NCBI GenBank assembly: GCA_038215615.1
Contig: JBBQQR010000001.1
Location: 1-64,000 of the forward strand
DNA length: 64,000 bases
From: Vulcanimicrobiales bacterium
Lineage (GTDB): Bacteria > Vulcanimicrobiota > Vulcanimicrobiia > Vulcanimicrobiales > Vulcanimicrobiaceae
Direction of reading: 5' to 3'
Made by a program: the position numbers and the translations under genes. Within the stretch, counting starts at the first letter, position 1. Every line of letters begins with the position of its first letter. Below, piece by piece: positions 38,433 through 47,379 of the stretch. Under the pieces are notes generated by a model. The model saw only the letters and a program-made list of their open reading frames with translations. It had not been told where the DNA came from and searched no databases.

Positions 38433-38434
38433 CT

Positions 38435-39082
38435 CTAAGCCTTCTCTTGGGAAGCGCCCGGCCCCGCTTGGCTTTCGTCGGTGAGCAGCGTTCCGTGCTT
38501 GCCTTCCACACCAATAAGAACGTCGCACTTCGCGTTGGCTGCGATCTCTTCGATTTCGCGTCCGAGCGGCGCGCCCGTGTAGGTGCCCTCGCGGTAAGAG
38601 CCCATAATGATGAGGTCGGCGCGCTCGCGCTTGGCGAGGTCGAGCACGGCTTGCGACGTATGGCGGTGGTGGACGACTTCGGTGCGCAGGTCAACGCCGA
38701 ATTTTTTTCCGATGACTTCGGCCGAAGCCATAACGTCGAGCGCGAAGCGGTCTTCCTCTTCCATAATGGCATTGGTCGGCAGCGTGAAGGGCACTTCGAT
38801 CACGTAGAGCGCAAGCAGCTCGGAATGCTGACCGCGCGCGAGGCGGGCCGCAAGCACCATCATGTGCTCCGATCGAATCTCCGACGAAAAAACGACGAGC
38901 ACGGTTCCGAAGCTGCGTTTGAGCACGCGCTCCGCATCGCTCGCCGCGATGTCGGCCCGGCTCTTGGGCGGATGGAGCATCCAGTACAGCGTCGTGCTGA
39001 TCGCGATGACGGTTGCCAGGGCGGCAAACGCTCCGGCCAGGGTAACGTGCAGCGTCGTCGCCGGAACGTGCAGGCCGGTCAC
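38435..39082 (-). CDS. Membrane-anchored universal stress protein
   Basis: N-terminal TM; LYVIEVP..LP, ADLIIMG, G...E.I..NAKCDVLI. Confidence 0.85.
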   Translation of the reverse strand: MTGLHVPATTLHVTLAGAFAALATVIAISTTLYWMLHPPKSRADIAASDAERVLKRSFGTVLVVFSSEIRSEHMMVLAARLARGQHSELLALYVIEVPFTLPTNAIMEEEDRFALDVMASAEVIGKKFGVDLRTEVVHHRHTSQAVLDLAKRERADLIIMGSYREGTYTGAPLGREIEEIAANAKCDVLIGVEGKHGTLLTDESQAGPGASQEKA

Positions 39083-39282
39083 GCGCGGTACCTGACCATC
39101 ATCGTCATCCGGTAGACGCCAAGTGCGAACATCGCCGCGCCAAGTACTAACCCTGGAATTGCCTCGAACCGCGCCCCGGCAATGCGCGCAACTTGCACAA
39201 AAATCGCCGCGCCCAGAACGATGAAGAGCAGCCCATTGAAGGCTTTGAAGCCGACGTAGGCTTTCGATTGGCGAAAACTCAT
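39079..39282 (-). CDS. Small two-TM membrane protein
   Basis: 67 aa hydrophobic ORF overlapping both neighbours by 4 nt. Confidence 0.65.
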   Translation of the reverse strand: MSFRQSKAYVGFKAFNGLLFIVLGAAIFVQVARIAGARFEAIPGLVLGAAMFALGVYRMTMMVRYRA

Positions 39283-40871
39283 GAGGTCTTCATCGTGAAG
39301 TTCGGATCGCGCGCTTTGAGCTTGTCGACCAGTTCGTCCATCAATTCAAGTTCGCCGGCGTTTTTGAGAATCTGCACTTGATCCCGGCTCCAGTTGCGCG
39401 GCACCGATCCGAAGAGCGGCAGTTTTTTGCGCAGCCGGTAGATCACATACACCGCGATACCAAAGATGAGCCAAGACGGGCCGGCAATGCGCCCTATATG
39501 ATGGGTGAGCAGCACGAAGACGAGAATCGCGAGGATCCCGAAAAAGCCGATGAGGCCGACGATGGGAAAATAGATCTGCTCGCCCCGGAAACGCAGCTTG
39601 AGGTTGAACGGGATCATGAACTTGCGCGGGGTGAGCGGGTCTTTCATCCGCAGCGCGATCAGCGCGATAAAGACCAGCGTGTAACTTGCGGCCGCGCCGA
39701 AGGCGTACAGATCGCCCAAAAACTCATAGCCGAAATCGCCCTGCAGAGCTGCAAAAACCAACTCGATTGCGGCCAGCGTGCAGAAGACGGCGATCGAAAT
39801 GACGGGTGTTTTGAACTTGCGATGCACCCGCTTGAAGATGCTGGGCAGCAAGTTGAACTGGCTCATCGAATACGCGATGCGTGAGCTGCCGAAGACGCCG
39901 GAGTTGCTCGAGATCAAAAGCAGCGTCGCTCCGAAGACCGGCACGTAGAACGCTGCGAGCAAACCGAAGTACGGAATGTTGGAAGCCATCACCGCGACAG
40001 CCTTGTCTTGATTGTGCGTCGTTCCCAAGTAATGCCAGAACTGTTGCGCGTGGCCGGCCGCGTCGTGCGGAGTGGGGAACCATGGCTGCATGCCCAGCGC
40101 CAAGTTTGAGTAGGCGAGAGCAAAGATCAGGATCGTCAGGATCAGCGATATGGACGTGCGCGGAATGATCTGGGCCGGGCGGCTGGTTTCTTCGGCGGCG
40201 TGCGAGATGGATTCGAGCCCGACGAAAGAGATGATCGCAAGCGAAATGCCGTTCATCAGCTGAAACGTGCTCGGCCAGCCCGTCTGCATGCTGTGGATCA
40301 GAATTTCGGGATGAAATGTAAACAGAAAACCGAGCACGAGAATCAGCGTTTCGCTGAAAACGTCAATCGCGCTCACGAAACCGTTGAACGCGGTGCTCTC
40401 GCGCACGCCGATGACGTTCAGCACCGCCAGCCCTGCGATCAGGGCCAAAATTACCCAGAAGTGCACCATCGGATGCACGCCTGCGTCCAGAAAATGCAGC
40501 GGCGGCAAATGACTCAAATAGCCGATGCAGCCCCACGCAAAGAGCGTGATATCGATCGTAAAGTCGAGCAGCACCGCCCAGCCTGCGATAAATCCCAGAA
40601 AATCGCCGAGCCCTCGCATCACAAAATACTGGCCTCCGCCTGCCACCGGATAGGCCGCCGCGAGCTCGGTGTAAGCCAGACCGACGCAAACATAAACGAG
40701 TCCGGCAAATAGGAACGCGATGTTGGTGGCGCCGCCCGCCACACCGATGACCAGGCCTAGGGCTACGAAGATGTCCGCGCCGACGTCGGCATAACCCCAC
40801 GAGTAAGAACCCCAGGGCGTTACCGAGCGGCGCAGCTCTTGCTGCCCGCCGGCTGCGACGTCAGAAGACAT
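39279..40871 (-). CDS. APC family permease
   Basis: ELRR, Y.ELAAAYPVAGG, SFVGLESISHAAEE, SRIAYSM, H.KFKTP. Confidence 0.9.
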   Translation of the reverse strand: MSSDVAAGGQQELRRSVTPWGSYSWGYADVGADIFVALGLVIGVAGGATNIAFLFAGLVYVCVGLAYTELAAAYPVAGGGQYFVMRGLGDFLGFIAGWAVLLDFTIDITLFAWGCIGYLSHLPPLHFLDAGVHPMVHFWVILALIAGLAVLNVIGVRESTAFNGFVSAIDVFSETLILVLGFLFTFHPEILIHSMQTGWPSTFQLMNGISLAIISFVGLESISHAAEETSRPAQIIPRTSISLILTILIFALAYSNLALGMQPWFPTPHDAAGHAQQFWHYLGTTHNQDKAVAVMASNIPYFGLLAAFYVPVFGATLLLISSNSGVFGSSRIAYSMSQFNLLPSIFKRVHRKFKTPVISIAVFCTLAAIELVFAALQGDFGYEFLGDLYAFGAAASYTLVFIALIALRMKDPLTPRKFMIPFNLKLRFRGEQIYFPIVGLIGFFGILAILVFVLLTHHIGRIAGPSWLIFGIAVYVIYRLRKKLPLFGSVPRNWSRDQVQILKNAGELELMDELVDKLKARDPNFTMKTS

Positions 40872-41202
40872 TGCGGTGCAGCGTCAGGCGGGCGCCGTCG
40901 AGTGCGACGACGTCGAAACGAAACTGCGCGCCCGGCGCGACAATTTGCATGTAGTCGGCGGCGATGCGCCGCAGGGTCGCGCGTTTGCGCGGCCCGACCG
41001 CCGAAAGCGCGCTCCCGAACGTGCGCGTGTCGCGGCGCTTCACCTCGACGAACACGATCGTCGCGCCGTCACGACAGACGAGGTCGATCTCACCACCGGG
41101 CACGCGCACGTTCCGGCGCACGACGCTGTATCCGCAAGATTCCAAAAACGCGGCCGCGCGGCTCTCTCCTTCGCGGCCTTTCGCGTTTCGTTCAAGCGCC
41201 AA
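40861..41202 (-). CDS. yraN: YraN family nuclease
   Basis: G..GE..AA.FL...GY....N, GEIDLV, VFVEVK.R, RFDVV; start TTG about 41202. Confidence 0.9.
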   Translation of the reverse strand: MALERNAKGREGESRAAAFLESCGYSVVRRNVRVPGGEIDLVCRDGATIVFVEVKRRDTRTFGSALSAVGPRKRATLRRIAADYMQIVAPGAQFRFDVVALDGARLTLHRNVF

Positions 41203-41899
41203 ATGCCGTTTCTGCTTCCGTGACCGTGAAACCAAAGACAAGCTGAGCCTCGCGCACGCGCCACCAGCCCGAACGGTGATGCACGCATGGCCCGTGTTCC
41301 TTGAGCGCGCGCAAATGTTCCGGCGTCGAGTAGCCCTTGTGATCGGCAAAGCCGTAACGCGGCTCGAGTTCGTGCAGCTCGCGCAGTAGGGCGTCGCGAT
41401 GAACTTTGGCGACAATCGATGCGGCCGCGACGATGGCGCTGCGCGCGTCACCCTTGATCAGCGGCTCCTGCGGCCCGGCGAACGATTTGATGCGCACCGC
41501 GTCGGTGATCAGATACTCGGGAAGGACCGGCAGCGCCGCCAGCGCGCGCTCCATCGCCAGCACGCTCGCCCAATAGATGTTTAGCCGATCGATCTCTGCG
41601 ACGCTGGCGCTGCCGATGCTCCACGCCGAGCAGCGCTCTTTGATCGTCTCGGCGAGGTCCTCGCGCAATTCCTGTTTGACTTGCTTGGAATCGTTGAGTC
41701 CGTGCAGCATCAGCGGTTCCGACGCGACCACGCACGCGGCGATAACCGGGCCTGCCAGCGGTCCACGGCCGACTTCGTCGATGCCGCCGACGTACAGGAA
41801 GCCTTGCGCGCGCGCGGCCCTTTCAAAAAAATGAATGCGGTGTAAGCGCCGCCGCTCGCGTTCGTAGGCGTTCTTGGCTTTACGGTGTTTCGACGTCAC
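41192..41899 (-). CDS. rnhB: Ribonuclease HII
   Basis: GIDEVGRGPLAGPV, LNDSK, KGD....AAASIVAKV.RD, HKGY.T..H. Confidence 0.96.
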   Translation of the reverse strand: MTSKHRKAKNAYERERRRLHRIHFFERAARAQGFLYVGGIDEVGRGPLAGPVIAACVVASEPLMLHGLNDSKQVKQELREDLAETIKERCSAWSIGSASVAEIDRLNIYWASVLAMERALAALPVLPEYLITDAVRIKSFAGPQEPLIKGDARSAIVAAASIVAKVHRDALLRELHELEPRYGFADHKGYSTPEHLRALKEHGPCVHHRSGWWRVREAQLVFGFTVTEAETAFGA

Positions 41900-42689
41900 G
41901 CGTGGCGCTCTCCAGAGTTATCCTGCCGAACTTGCCGTCGTTGAAGTCTTTCACGTACGACCGCGCGGCGTTATGGTAATCGCTCTCTCCGCCGCGCCGC
42001 ACGAATCCTCGCGCTAGCGCGAACGCCGGGAGGTCGGGCACCTTCGTCCGGCCGCCGCTCTTTTCCGTCAGCCAGCGGTGAAAACGATCTGCCACATCCT
42101 CGGGGTCGTAATGATCGCGCGGCACCGCGCCCACCAAAGCGAGTTTCCACTGGGCATCCGCGGAGGCGATGCGGGGGACCAGGATGCCGGGCGTATCCAT
42201 CACTTCGAGCTCGGTGCCGACTTTGAACCATTGCAGCTGGCGCGTCACCCCGGCCCGGTCCTCGGTGCGGGCGACCGAGCGGCCGGCCAGCCCGTTGATG
42301 ATCGAAGACTTTCCGGAGTTGGGAACTCCGACAACCATCGCACGCGCAGGACGGTGCCCGCCGCCCACGAGGGCGCGCAGGCGGCGTTTGACTTCGACGA
42401 ACGCGCCCTGCGTTCGCGCATTGACGCTGATGCTTTGCGGCCCGAGCACTTGGAGCCAGCGCACCGTCTCGGAACGCTCGGCCAAGTCGTCGCGGCTGAG
42501 GATCTTCAGCCGGCGTTTGTTGGCCGCGACCTCGTCGAGCATCGGGTTGAATCCGCTCTCCGGCACGCGCGCATCGGCGACCTCAATAACCACGTCCACG
42601 AGTTTGATATAGTCGGCCATCTTGCGCATCGCGGCGACCATGTGGCCGGGATACCACTGGATGACTTGCTCGAAGCCGGCGTCTTTCAT
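41880..42689 (-). CDS. rbgA: Ribosome biogenesis GTPase RbgA/YlqF
   Basis: IQWYPGHM, DAR.P, G.PNSGKSS.IN, GVTR..QW, DTPGI. Confidence 0.93.
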   Translation of the reverse strand: MKDAGFEQVIQWYPGHMVAAMRKMADYIKLVDVVIEVADARVPESGFNPMLDEVAANKRRLKILSRDDLAERSETVRWLQVLGPQSISVNARTQGAFVEVKRRLRALVGGGHRPARAMVVGVPNSGKSSIINGLAGRSVARTEDRAGVTRQLQWFKVGTELEVMDTPGILVPRIASADAQWKLALVGAVPRDHYDPEDVADRFHRWLTEKSGGRTKVPDLPAFALARGFVRRGGESDYHNAARSYVKDFNDGKFGRITLESATRDVETP

Positions 42690-42693
42690 GCGA

Positions 42694-43203
42694 TCAAAAC
42701 GTGCCGAGCGCGGCCGGCGGCCAAATGCCGGCGACGGCTTTGCCTAGCACTTGATCTTGTGCGACGAAACCCCAATACCGCGAGTCGTTGCTGTCGACGC
42801 GGTTGTCCCCCAAGACGTAGAGCGAGCCTGCGGGGACGGCGACCTCGGGAAAGCTCCGGCTGTCGGCAAACCGGACGTAGGGTTCGGATAGTGCGGATCC
42901 GTTGACGATCACTCTGCCGCGATCGATCGCGACCTTGTCGCCGGCCAAACCGATGATGCGTTTGATGAAGACTTCGGGCGCCGGCGATTCGTGACGGAAC
43001 GCGATGATGTCGCCGCGCTGCGGCGCGTGCAGGCGATATGAGATGGTGTTAATGAGAACGAATTCGCCGCTGGCGATCCGCGGTGCCATCGAAAGCCCGG
43101 AAACTTCGGGCGTTCGGATGAAAAAAGCCATCGCGAGCGCGGCCAATGCGGCGAGTTGCAGCGTCGTCCGTGCGACGGACCGCCAATGCAGTTGCCCTTG
43201 CAC
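42694..43203 (-). CDS. lepB: Signal peptidase I (short form)
   Basis: SGLSM.P catalytic Ser, FIKRIIG catalytic Lys, GDNR.DSNDSR. Confidence 0.92.
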   Translation of the reverse strand: MQGQLHWRSVARTTLQLAALAALAMAFFIRTPEVSGLSMAPRIASGEFVLINTISYRLHAPQRGDIIAFRHESPAPEVFIKRIIGLAGDKVAIDRGRVIVNGSALSEPYVRFADSRSFPEVAVPAGSLYVLGDNRVDSNDSRYWGFVAQDQVLGKAVAGIWPPAALGTF

Positions 43204-43240
43204 GGATCGACTTCTTCGCCGCTGGGGCGGCGAATCCTAA

Positions 43241-43993
43241 CTACAGTATGTGCGCGTGGCTGAAAGGCCAGAAGATCAGAAATGCCCGGCCGGTGAAATA
43301 TGCGGGCTTGCCCAGCTCCGGTCCGCTTTCGAATGTGCCCGCGAACTGCGCGAAACCCCAGACGTGTGAATCTTCGGAATCATTGCGGTTATCGCCCATC
43401 ATGAAATAGCAATCTTTGGGAATGCGATCGGGCGCGGTCCAGTATTGCCGCGGCGGCACGTTGGCGTTATGCGGGTCGAGCCTGTCATAACTCTTCGGGT
43501 CGCCGAGCTGGGTCACGTAGATGCCGTAGTTCCGGATCTGCAGATTATAGGCGGGTCGCTGTGCGATGTAGGGCTCGACGAGCGCCTTGCCGTTGAGGTA
43601 GACGATGCCATCTTTGATGGCGAGCCGGTCGCCCGGTCTTCCGATCACCCGCTTGATGAAGTCGTCGGTCGTGGGAATGGGTGGTGGAAAGACGACGATG
43701 TCGCCTTCGCTTGGATGCACGAAACGGTATTGAAACTTGTTGACTAGCAGCACGTCGCCGATTTGCAGCGTCGGCACCATCGAAGCCGACGGTATGTAAT
43801 AGGTGCGTGCCACGAATGTGATCAAGAGGAACGCCGCTAAGCCGGCCACTATGAACGGGTCGAGATACTCGCGCGCGAAAACGGCCGACTTGCCGCGCGA
43901 GCCCGCGGCGACGGGGCGCAGACTCAGAATAATTCGCGCAACCAGAAAAATTGCGACCAGGATAAGCAGTTGGACCGGAGTCACCGCGATCAA
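43241..43993 (-). CDS. lepB: Signal peptidase I (insertion-containing form)
   Basis: IPSASMVPTL, FIKRVIG, MGDNRNDSEDS. Confidence 0.93.
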   Translation of the reverse strand: MIAVTPVQLLILVAIFLVARIILSLRPVAAGSRGKSAVFAREYLDPFIVAGLAAFLLITFVARTYYIPSASMVPTLQIGDVLLVNKFQYRFVHPSEGDIVVFPPPIPTTDDFIKRVIGRPGDRLAIKDGIVYLNGKALVEPYIAQRPAYNLQIRNYGIYVTQLGDPKSYDRLDPHNANVPPRQYWTAPDRIPKDCYFMMGDNRNDSEDSHVWGFAQFAGTFESGPELGKPAYFTGRAFLIFWPFSHAHIL

Positions 43994-44002
43994 TCCCGGC
44001 TG

Positions 44003-44734
44003 CTAGTGCAGGACTCGCAGCCGGTTAAGCGGCCACAAGAGCAAGAAAGCGCGGCCCGTGAATTGCGCTTTGGCGTGTGTTTGCGCGAGCGGCCCGGCGG
44101 CAAATGTACCGCGAAGTTGCGCGAAACCCCAGATATGCGAATCGTCTGAATCGTTACGGTTGTCTCCCATCACGAAATAGTAGCCGGCCGGAACGCGGTC
44201 GGAAGCTTGCCAGAACGAGCGCGGCGGAACATCGGCTTGGGCTGGGTTGAGCCGCTGCGGACCGTTGCCGGTGTCGACCGTGATTCCATACCCTGCAACC
44301 CGCAGCTGGTACGATGGCGCTTCCGAAATATACGGTTCGGCGAGTGGTTTGCCGTTCACGTAGACGACGCCGCCGCTAACGCGCAGCGTGTCACCGGGCA
44401 CGGCGACGACTCGTTTGATAAAATCGGTTGGCGAGGCTATCGGCGGTTTGAAGACGACGATGTCTCCCCGCGCCGGCCCGTGCACGCGGTATTCGAATTC
44501 GTTCACAAGCAGTACGTCGTTTTGCCGAAGCGTCGGAACCATGGAGTCAGACGGAATGTAAAACGTCCGGATGACGAACGTGATCAAAAAGAGCGACGCC
44601 AGGCCGGCGACGATAAACGCGTCGATGTATTCGCGAACCGCGATCTTGGCGCTGTCGGTTTTGAAACTGAGCGCAACGCGCGCGACGGCAAAAACGCAAA
44701 TCAGCCCCAACAGCTGGAGCGGGGAGAGGGCCAG
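44003..44734 (-). CDS. lepB: Signal peptidase I (insertion-containing form); start uncertain (CTG 44734 or TTG 44710)
   Basis: IPSDSMVPTL, FIKRVVA, MGDNRNDSDDS. Confidence 0.92.
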   Translation of the reverse strand: MALSPLQLLGLICVFAVARVALSFKTDSAKIAVREYIDAFIVAGLASLFLITFVIRTFYIPSDSMVPTLRQNDVLLVNEFEYRVHGPARGDIVVFKPPIASPTDFIKRVVAVPGDTLRVSGGVVYVNGKPLAEPYISEAPSYQLRVAGYGITVDTGNGPQRLNPAQADVPPRSFWQASDRVPAGYYFVMGDNRNDSDDSHIWGFAQLRGTFAAGPLAQTHAKAQFTGRAFLLLWPLNRLRVLH

Positions 44735-44735
44735 A

Positions 44736-45086
44736 TTAGCGGGCAGCTTTCTTCTCTTTGATGCGCGCGGCTTTGCCGACTTTTTCGGTGAGGTAGTAGA
44801 GGCGGCTGCGGCGGACCGCACCGCGCTTGCTGACCTCTATCCGCTCGACGCGGGGACTGTGCAGCAAGAACGACTTTTCAACGCCGACGCCGTGTGCGAC
44901 GCGGCGGACGGTGATCGACTCTTGTGCGCCGCCGCCCTTGCGAACCGTCACGACTCCTTCGAACATCTGCGTGCGCTCTTTGCCGCCTTCGATGACCTTC
45001 GAATAGACTTTCACGGTGTCGCCGGGCCGAAAATCCGGCACGTTTTCTTTACGCTGCTCTTGATTGAGGAGATCGATGACGTTCAT
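44736..45086 (-). CDS. rplS: 50S ribosomal protein L19
   Basis: [27 protein letters not shown]. Confidence 0.97.
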   Translation of the reverse strand: MNVIDLLNQEQRKENVPDFRPGDTVKVYSKVIEGGKERTQMFEGVVTVRKGGGAQESITVRRVAHGVGVEKSFLLHSPRVERIEVSKRGAVRRSRLYYLTEKVGKAARIKEKKAAR

Positions 45087-45101
45087 GGCTTGGGGATTTT
45101 A

Positions 45102-45809
45102 TCACGGGCGCTCGTCGTTCCGCAATGACGGGCCGTCGAGGTCGGGACGCTTGGCCCGCGTCCGCTCCCTGGATGCCTCACGCCGCCAGCGCGCGATGGC
45201 GGCATGATTGCCGGAGAGGAGCACCTCGGGGACGTGGACGCCCCTGAAGACCGGCGGACGAGTGTAGCTCGGGTAGTCCAGGCCGCCCGCGCCAAAGGAC
45301 TCGCTCTCGAGGGAGGCGGCCGTCAGCGTGCCGTCCAGCAGCCGGACGGTCGCATCAATCATCGCCAGCGCGGGCAGCTCGCCTCCAGTGACCACGAAGT
45401 CACCCAGCGAGTATTCTTCTATCGGATAGAGCGCCCCAAGCCGGTCGTCGATTCCCTCATAGTGACCGCAGAGAAAGACCACCCGGTCTTGCGCGGCAAA
45501 GCGCTGCGCTTGTGCTTGCGTGAACGGCTTGCCGCCCGGAGCCGGGACGGCCAGGATGCGGTGTTCGCCGGGCGGAGCGGCGGCAGCGATCGAATCGAGA
45601 ATGCGCGCAAGCGGTTCGAGGCGCATGACCATGCCCGGTCCGCCGCCGTAGGGCTCGTCATCGGCGCGCTCGTTGCTCTGCAGTGCGTCGAGCACATGAT
45701 GGTAACGAATATCGACGACGCCCGCTTCCACGGCGCGACCGACGATCGATAGGCCGACGAAGGGAGCGAAGACCTCCGGGAAGAGCGTCAGCACGTCGAT
45801 CGTGAACAT
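45102..45809 (-). CDS. trmD: tRNA (guanine37-N1)-methyltransferase
   Basis: TLFPE, DD.PYGGGPGMVM, CGHYEGID.R, SLGDFVVTGGE, YTRP, VPEVLLSGNH. Confidence 0.96.
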   Translation of the reverse strand: MFTIDVLTLFPEVFAPFVGLSIVGRAVEAGVVDIRYHHVLDALQSNERADDEPYGGGPGMVMRLEPLARILDSIAAAAPPGEHRILAVPAPGGKPFTQAQAQRFAAQDRVVFLCGHYEGIDDRLGALYPIEEYSLGDFVVTGGELPALAMIDATVRLLDGTLTAASLESESFGAGGLDYPSYTRPPVFRGVHVPEVLLSGNHAAIARWRREASRERTRAKRPDLDGPSLRNDERP

Positions 45810-45816
45810 AGGCCGA

Positions 45817-46272
45817 GTGTTCAACCTCGAACGCTTCCTCGCTCCTTGGCGTCGAAAACCGCTAACGCCCTACGAGCTGGCCTTGCGCGATCTGGCGCGC
45901 GGACAGTACGCGCAAGCGTTGCAGCGTCTGGATGCCCTATTAGAAGATGAAACGCTAGCGCCGAAAGACCGGGCCGCTCGCCTGAACAAGCGCGGCGTCG
46001 CGCTGGTGAGTTTGCACCGGCGCGACGAAGCGCGTCTTGCGTTCGAGGATGCGCTGGCAGCCGTGCCTGGGTTTGCACCGGCGCTTGTGAACATCGGTAA
46101 CTTATATTTGGAATCGGGGGAACTCGAACCGGCGGTGGCTCGATACCAGGATGCGATCGCCGCCGACGATCGTTACGGGCCCGCGCACCACAACCTGGCC
46201 GTAGCCTATAAGCGCCTGGGCCGCACGGCGGATTCCGTCCGCGAATTGCGCCGCGCCGGAAAGCTCACGTAG
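45817..46272 (+). CDS. Tetratricopeptide repeat protein (start GTG 45817 or 45802)
   Basis: TPR-like helices NKRGVAL, ALVNIGNLY, AHHNLAVAY. Confidence 0.75.
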   Translation: MFNLERFLAPWRRKPLTPYELALRDLARGQYAQALQRLDALLEDETLAPKDRAARLNKRGVALVSLHRRDEARLAFEDALAAVPGFAPALVNIGNLYLESGELEPAVARYQDAIAADDRYGPAHHNLAVAYKRLGRTADSVRELRRAGKLT

Positions 46273-46284
46273 GCCTGCGGCCAG

Positions 46285-46752
46285 CTATTTCACTAAATCC
46301 GTATTGGTGATCTCTTCTAAGTATTCGAAGAGCTGCGGAAGCGTGATCTTCTCGAGCGCGGTCCGGTGCACGTCGCCGTCGCCCTCTTCACCCTCATCGC
46401 GCAAATAACAGCGGGATTCTACGCCGCCGTCGCTTTCGCTGATGAACGAAACCGCGAAGCCCTTGCCTGGCATCTCGTCATAGATGCGCATCGTCGCGGG
46501 GTTCAGGATTTCGATCGAGTGCGTTGCGTTATGCGCGTCAAAAATCGTAATCGTCAAATAATCACGATTCACGATCTCGATGGAGCCGACGACGAAGACG
46601 TTCTTGGCAGAGAAAAACTCGTGCCCCCGCTTGTTGCGGCTGGAGACTTCGTAGAAGACCCGGTGCGCGACAAACTTATTGAGAATCTTGCGCAACGTCG
46701 AAAGGGAGGCGAGAGTCTCCGTCCGGTTGCCCCGCGTATAGATGATCTTCAC
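46285..46752 (-). CDS. Hypothetical protein
   Basis: 155-aa ORF with normal globular composition filling the gap; family not recognised. Confidence 0.7.
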   Translation of the reverse strand: MKIIYTRGNRTETLASLSTLRKILNKFVAHRVFYEVSSRNKRGHEFFSAKNVFVVGSIEIVNRDYLTITIFDAHNATHSIEILNPATMRIYDEMPGKGFAVSFISESDGGVESRCYLRDEGEEGDGDVHRTALEKITLPQLFEYLEEITNTDLVK

Positions 46753-46805
46753 GGGACGCGCAACCTTGCACAGGGTCGCGGGGCAACCCTCTCAAAAGTG
46801 CGGGA

Positions 46806-47078
46806 GTGCTCTCCATACCCGACATGGCGATCCTCGGTGTGCTCGCGCTGCTTGTTTTCGGCGAGAAGAAGCTGCCCGGCGTCATGCGTCAAGCCGGAAA
46901 AATGATGCGCGACGTGCAGAACACCTCGCAATCGTTCTTGCGGGAAATGGATCGCGCCGCGGATGTAAGCGAACCCGCTCCGCCTATCGACGCACCCCCG
47001 GCTGCCGAACTGCCGTTTGAGCCGGCCTTGCCGATCGAGCCCGAGGCCGGTCGAGCCGAAAAAGACGCCGGGACCTAG
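46806..47078 (+). CDS. TatA/TatB family twin-arginine translocase subunit
   Basis: TM then ALLVFGEKKLP...R..GK amphipathic helix. Confidence 0.85.
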   Translation: MLSIPDMAILGVLALLVFGEKKLPGVMRQAGKMMRDVQNTSQSFLREMDRAADVSEPAPPIDAPPAAELPFEPALPIEPEAGRAEKDAGT

Positions 47079-47320
47079 ACGTTAAAGTTGCGGCGGATCT
47101 CGCCGATGCGTTCCTGCAGCAGCTGCTTGGCCTGCGATTGCAGGCGGCCTTTTTGATCTTCGGGCAGACGCTGAAATACCAGATAGCCGGCAGCCGCGGC
47201 CAAACCCCCCAGCACGCCGACGAGCAAAGCTTTGCCGGCTTCGTTCGATGTGTCGTTGCCGGGGCGATCGTCGGCGGGCCATTGCTGCTCCGCCGGCGGC
47301 GTGCGATAAGTCTCTGTCAT
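47075..47320 (-). CDS. Small membrane-anchored hypothetical protein
   Basis: AGGAG SD; single TM (LLVGVLGGLAAAAGYLVF) then helical tail. Confidence 0.65.
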   Translation of the reverse strand: MTETYRTPPAEQQWPADDRPGNDTSNEAGKALLVGVLGGLAAAAGYLVFQRLPEDQKGRLQSQAKQLLQERIGEIRRNFNV

Positions 47321-47379
47321 GAAATTCTCCTAATGAAGCATTCGCGGCGGAAGCCTGTCTCTCACTCTTACCCGAGAAG

